IMG/VR virus record: IMGVR_UViG_3300030329_000322
Span: 1-38,408 of that record
Origin: a virus
Lineage: Duplodnaviria > Caudoviricetes
DNA: 38,408 nt
Reading direction: 5' to 3' (one strand)
In this document: piece by piece, positions 34,702 through 38,408 of the stretch
How positions within the stretch are numbered: the stretch's first letter is position 1
How the letters are laid out: each line of letters opens with the position of its first letter
Position numbers and translations under genes: made by a program
The notes under the pieces: generated by a model
The model's input: the letters and a program-made list of their open reading frames with translations, nothing else
What the model was told of the DNA's origin: nothing
Databases searched by the model: none

Positions 34702-34890
34702 ATGAAGCCCGGATATAAGACAACCGAGTTTTGGCTCGCTGGTGCTGCTACTGTTGTTGGTGGCCTGATGGCCTCTGGCGTCATTGCTGAGGAAAGCTCT
34801 TTGGCTAAGATCCTTGGTATTGCTGCATCGGCTCTGGTAGCTCTTGGCTACACTGGTGCAAGGCTTGCACTGAAGAAGAAGGCCGGTTGA
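34702..34890 (+). CDS. Putative holin (two TM helices, basic C-terminus)
   Basis: 'KPGYKTTEFWL' plus two hydrophobic helices and a KKK tail; GAGGTGA RBS. Confidence 0.65.
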   Translation: MKPGYKTTEFWLAGAATVVGGLMASGVIAEESSLAKILGIAASALVALGYTGARLALKKKAG

Positions 34891-35069
34891 TGTTTGCTGC
34901 CATTGCAGCAGCCCTCACTCCCATCTTCAAAATCTTCCTAGATCTCATCATGGAGAAGGTGAATGAACCGACTCTTGCCTCGGACGCTCCTAAAGTCCCT
35001 AAGCGTTATCGCAATGCTTGGGCTGACAGGGTGCGAAAGTTCAAGAGTCGTATTCGTCCCGGAAAGTGA
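34890..35069 (+). CDS. Putative i-spanin-like membrane protein
   Basis: N-terminal hydrophobic helix; overlapped by a lipoprotein gene in another frame. Confidence 0.5.
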   Translation: MFAAIAAALTPIFKIFLDLIMEKVNEPTLASDAPKVPKRYRNAWADRVRKFKSRIRPGK

Positions 35070-35223
35070 TGGACTGGTTAGGCTTGGTCCCGGAATACGG
35101 GGTCATGTCTATTTCTGGAACGGCTCCTCATGGGAGCTTTCCGGTAACAAGGTGGACCTTCCCGAAGGTTGGTTCGCTGGTTCTATTGACGTTCAACCAC
35201 AAGGTATTCAGGTAACTGACTGA
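34963..35223 (+). CDS. Lipoprotein, putative o-spanin
   Basis: Signal peptide with lipobox 'LGLTG-C'; GGAGAAGG upstream; Rz/Rz1-like overlap. Confidence 0.6.
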   Translation: MNRLLPRTLLKSLSVIAMLGLTGCESSRVVFVPESDGLVRLGPGIRGHVYFWNGSSWELSGNKVDLPEGWFAGSIDVQPQGIQVTD

Positions 35224-35338
35224 CTGACGCGGCCCTCTGCGGAGGACAACCGGACTGATCGGGTTAGATACAGAATCCATCGAAGTAACGTCGATGTTTT
35301 CAACGTGTCTTTAACTCTTTTAGAAAGGAAAGCCTACA

Positions 35339-36415
35339 ATGGCTGACGCATATACAGTCTCACATTTGGGACAAGCGAACAGCGATGGTGAGAAGGATGC
35401 ACTCTGGCTCAAAGTATGGGCGGGAGAAATCCTCAGTGCTTTTGAAGAACGCAACATTATGATGCCTCTTCACACCGTCCGCACAATTACCAGCGGTAAA
35501 AGTGCCCAGTTCCCCATGACTGGTAACGCCTCTGCTGCTTACCACGCTCCGGGAACCGAACTTGATGGTGCTGCTATCAAGCACGCCGAGCGTGTAATTA
35601 ACATTGATAATCTGTTGGTTTCGCACACCTTCATCTCAAACTGGGAAGAAGCAATCAACCATTACGATGTACGGGGTGTGTATACCCGTGAACTTGGTTA
35701 TGCTCTGGCAAACCATGCAGATAAGGCGATCATTCGATCACTCATCGCAGGTTCACTGAATACCACTGATTCCCTTGGTGGAACAGGTGGACACACAGTT
35801 ACGACTGGTGGGGCTACTGGTGACAACATCATTGATGGCATCATGTCTGCTTCACAGGGTCTCGACGAGCGAAACATTCCTACAGGTGATCGCTTCTGTG
35901 TAATGACTCCTGCTGCATTCTACGCAGTTCTTAAGTCTGCTGGTGGCGGCGCAAGCGGCAACGACGCTCTTGCGGCTGCGTTGCTTAACAAGGACTATGG
36001 ACCGGGTGGTTCAATGCTTCAGGGCGGCACTCAGGGACTCCAAGTTGCTGGCGTCAACTGCTTCATGTCCACACACATCCCAACTGCCGACGAAGACGGT
36101 ACTGGTGGTGCTGTTGATACTGTTCTCGGTGACGCATCTGATGGTGCGCGCAACTCCCCGTTCACGGCCACAGACCAGAACGCGGGTGGTGGTGACACTG
36201 ATATCACGACTGGCTCCGGGTACTCGGGCGTTGACTTCAGCAACTACCAGGGCGTGGTCTTCCACCGCTCTGGTGTTGGTACGGTCAAGCTGCTCGATCT
36301 CGCTGTCGAGAGTGATTATCAGGTCGAGCGTCAGGGCACAATCATGGTTGCCAAGTACGCAATGGGCCACAACTTCTTGCGATCCGCAGCTTGTGTGGGT
36401 CTCAAGTCCTCGTGA
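35339..36415 (+). CDS. Major capsid protein (gp10-like)
   Basis: 'ALWLKVWAGEILSAF', 'RTITSGKSAQFP..G', 'IDNLL', 'VAKYAMGH..LR'. Confidence 0.96.
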   Translation: MADAYTVSHLGQANSDGEKDALWLKVWAGEILSAFEERNIMMPLHTVRTITSGKSAQFPMTGNASAAYHAPGTELDGAAIKHAERVINIDNLLVSHTFISNWEEAINHYDVRGVYTRELGYALANHADKAIIRSLIAGSLNTTDSLGGTGGHTVTTGGATGDNIIDGIMSASQGLDERNIPTGDRFCVMTPAAFYAVLKSAGGGASGNDALAAALLNKDYGPGGSMLQGGTQGLQVAGVNCFMSTHIPTADEDGTGGAVDTVLGDASDGARNSPFTATDQNAGGGDTDITTGSGYSGVDFSNYQGVVFHRSGVGTVKLLDLAVESDYQVERQGTIMVAKYAMGHNFLRSAACVGLKSS

Positions 36416-36445
36416 TCTCAAGGCTAACGCCTTAAACAACTCAAC

Positions 36446-36484
36446 GGGTTGGTCTCCGAAAGGAGGCCAGCCCTATTTCTCTTT
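36446..36484 (+). terminator. T-phi-like terminator after the capsid gene
   Basis: gggttggtctcc-GAAA-ggaggccagccc 12-bp stem plus an interrupted T tract. Confidence 0.8.
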
Positions 36485-36498
36485 CATAGGAGCCTAGA

Positions 36499-37110
36499 AT
36501 GGCCCTCGCACTCACCACAAAGTTGGAAGCCATCAACACGATGCTGAGTAACGTGGGAGAGGCTCCTGTTAATTCATTGACCGGATCTCTCACTGCTGAT
36601 GTCCGACTTGCTCAGAACATTCTCGATGAAGTTTCCCGTGAGGTTCAATCCACAGGTTGGCACTTCAACACTGAGAAGGAAGTACCTCTGGCTCCTAACT
36701 CCACCAATGAGATTGAACTCAGTGACGGAGTTGCTCGGGTAGACCTAGAGGGCAAACATGCGGACTCTGACTTTGATGTCGTGGTCCGTGGAAACAAACT
36801 GTACAACCGAAAGAAGCGGACCTACACGTTCACGGAAACCAAGAAGTACACCGTGACGTACATGCTGGACTGGGATCAACTCCCTGAGAGTGCCCGCCGG
36901 TACATTATGATCCGCTCTGCCAGGATTTACCAAGACCGCTTGATTGGATCAGAGAAGCTCTCTGCATTCTCTCGTACAGACGAGCAATCAGCTCTGTTCT
37001 CTCTCCGTGATTATGAAATGGAAACGGCTGACTACAGCTTGTTCGATAACTGGGATGTTGCCCGGATCATCGACCGTGGCAGTCCAATCAATAGGATGGA
37101 CCGTGGCTGA
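36499..37110 (+). CDS. Tail tubular protein A (gp11-like)
   Basis: 'LEAINTML..VGEAPVNSL', 'VQSTGWHFN', 'LPESARRYI'. Confidence 0.94.
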   Translation: MALALTTKLEAINTMLSNVGEAPVNSLTGSLTADVRLAQNILDEVSREVQSTGWHFNTEKEVPLAPNSTNEIELSDGVARVDLEGKHADSDFDVVVRGNKLYNRKKRTYTFTETKKYTVTYMLDWDQLPESARRYIMIRSARIYQDRLIGSEKLSAFSRTDEQSALFSLRDYEMETADYSLFDNWDVARIIDRGSPINRMDRG

Positions 37111-38408
37111 TGCTGGTTTCCAAAACCATCCCAAACCTTATCAACGGGGTATCTCAGCAACCTGATTCATTAAGGTTTGCTACCCAGTGTGAGGCTCAGG
37201 AGAATGCTTATCCGTCCGTGGTTGATGGGTTGACCAAGCGTCTACCAACGGAACACCTGTTGAATACGGGGATCACCGGGGATGCAAAGACTTTCGTTCA
37301 CACCATCAACCGTGATGAGACTGAGCGGTACTCTGTGGTCATCCGGGATCAATCCATCAAGGTGTTTGATCTGCTCAACCTCAATGAGGAAACGGTAGAT
37401 AAGCCTGATGGTGTTACCTACTTGGACACCGACAATGCTGACACCGCTTTCCGGGCTGTCACGATTGCTGATGTCACGTTCATCGTAAACACCGAGACCA
37501 CCGTGGCTATGGCTACAGATGACACACCATCTTCAGCGAGTACCTATGAAGCCTTGGTGTTCATTAAGCAGGGTGGTCTTGAGGGTGATTACAAAATCGA
37601 GGTCGATGACGGGACAACCCAGGTATCCTCTACAATTAACGCAAGCAGTTCTACTACGTCTTCTGCAATCGCCACTGCTTTTGCAACTGATGTCGATGAG
37701 GGTATTGACGGCGAAGGTAACTTTACCGCTGTTGCTGGGAACCATGTGATTTACATCACAAACACGGCAGACTTTGATATCAATGTTTCTCACACAAACA
37801 GTGACACCGCCATCGAGGTCTTCAAAGGATCTTGCCAGAGGTTCACTGATCTCCCCACATACGCCAAGGATGGGATCATTCTAAAGGTTGAGGGTGAGCC
37901 TACAGAGACGCTGGATGATTACTATGTGAAGTTCGTGACTCTGGGTGCTGCTGGGAGCATCGGTGAAGGTACTTGGGAAGAGTGTGCGGCTCCTGCCTTA
38001 AACGATGGGTTGAAGTTCAACGCGGCTACGATGCCTCATGTCCTGATCCGCCAAGCTGACAACACCTTTGTATTCAAGAAGGCTGATGGGGCCACGCATG
38101 ACTCTTATGACTATTCCGCGTTCTCTTGGGGAAACCGTCTCGTAGGTGATTTCGACACCAACCCGGATCCCAGCTTTGTTGGTCAGAAGATCAACGATGT
38201 CTTCCTGTTCAAGAACCGACTGGGGTTCCTCGCCAGTGACAACACGATCCTCAGTGAGTCAGGGGAGTTCTTCAACTTCTTCCGAACCACTGTCGTAGAC
38301 CTTCTGGACACTGCTCCGATTGATGTGGCGTCTGCTCACAACCGAGTTGCGGTCCTTCGACATGCTGTGCCTCTGGCTCAGAGGTTGATCCTGTTCTCTG
38401 ACACCACA
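37110..38408 (+). CDS. Tail tubular protein B (gp12-like), N-terminal part (runs off the end; missing from ORF track)
   Basis: MLVSKTIPNLINGVSQQP...GLTKR; 'TMPHVL', 'PSFVG..INDVFLFKNRLGFL'. Confidence 0.93.
   Translation, partial: MLVSKTIPNLINGVSQQPDSLRFATQCEAQENAYPSVVDGLTKRLPTEHLLNTGITGDAKTFVHTINRDETERYSVVIRDQSIKVFDLLNLNEETVDKPDGVTYLDTDNADTAFRAVTIADVTFIVNTETTVAMATDDTPSSASTYEALVFIKQGGLEGDYKIEVDDGTTQVSSTINASSSTTSSAIATAFATDVDEGIDGEGNFTAVAGNHVIYITNTADFDINVSHTNSDTAIEVFKGSCQRFTDLPTYAKDGIILKVEGEPTETLDDYYVKFVTLGAAGSIGEGTWEECAAPALNDGLKFNAATMPHVLIRQADNTFVFKKADGATHDSYDYSAFSWGNRLVGDFDTNPDPSFVGQKINDVFLFKNRLGFLASDNTILSESGEFFNFFRTTVVDLLDTAPIDVASAHNRVAVLRHAVPLAQRLILFSDTT

Noticed and set aside
36380-36497. 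T7 10A/10B-type capsid frameshift extension
   Set aside because: No evident slippery sequence before the stop, and a terminator follows within ~30 nt. ORF 35943-36497 looks like a shadow frame.
165-37793. Minus-strand and most alternative-frame ORFs in the track (e.g. 6309-7031, 29104-29724, 33549-34142, 20555-20866)
   Set aside because: Antisense shadows of well-supported + strand genes, with no motifs or RBS recognised.
38310-38408. Terminal direct repeat as the physical phage DTR or att site
   Set aside because: It lies mid-gene in tail tube B and has k-mer-like length; best explained as assembly overlap.

Overview
The window is an apparently complete T7-like podovirus (Autographiviridae-type) genome of about 38.3 kb, assembled as a circle. 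Bases 1-98 are repeated at 38310-38407, and the break falls inside the tail tubular protein B gene. All supported genes are on the + strand. Natural order, starting near the probable genome ends (~17.5-18.6 kb): small early genes, tyrosine integrase, single-subunit RNA polymerase, SSB, RusA-type resolvase, primase-helicase, i-type lysozyme, sigma70-region-4-like HTH, split C5 methyltransferase, DNA polymerase A, LAGLIDADG endonuclease, exonuclease, portal, scaffold, holin/spanins, capsid, tail tube, internal virion proteins, two paralogous beta-helix tail spikes, terminase. The most unusual part is the early/integrase region, with three linked signals. (1) The integrase carries a ~66-aa in-frame insert that aligns well with a free-standing early protein encoded ~2.8 kb upstream. 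(2) Early genes are separated by repeated double-hairpin elements with compensatory base changes and share an extended ribosome-binding motif, (G)AGGATGA. (3) Two non-coding loci present the complement of that motif in predicted loops, and one has its own extended -10 promoter and terminator. No canonical CI repressor is visible, so this may be an antisense-RNA-based lysis/lysogeny control system; that is inference. All calls come from reading motifs by eye; no searches or folding programs were run.
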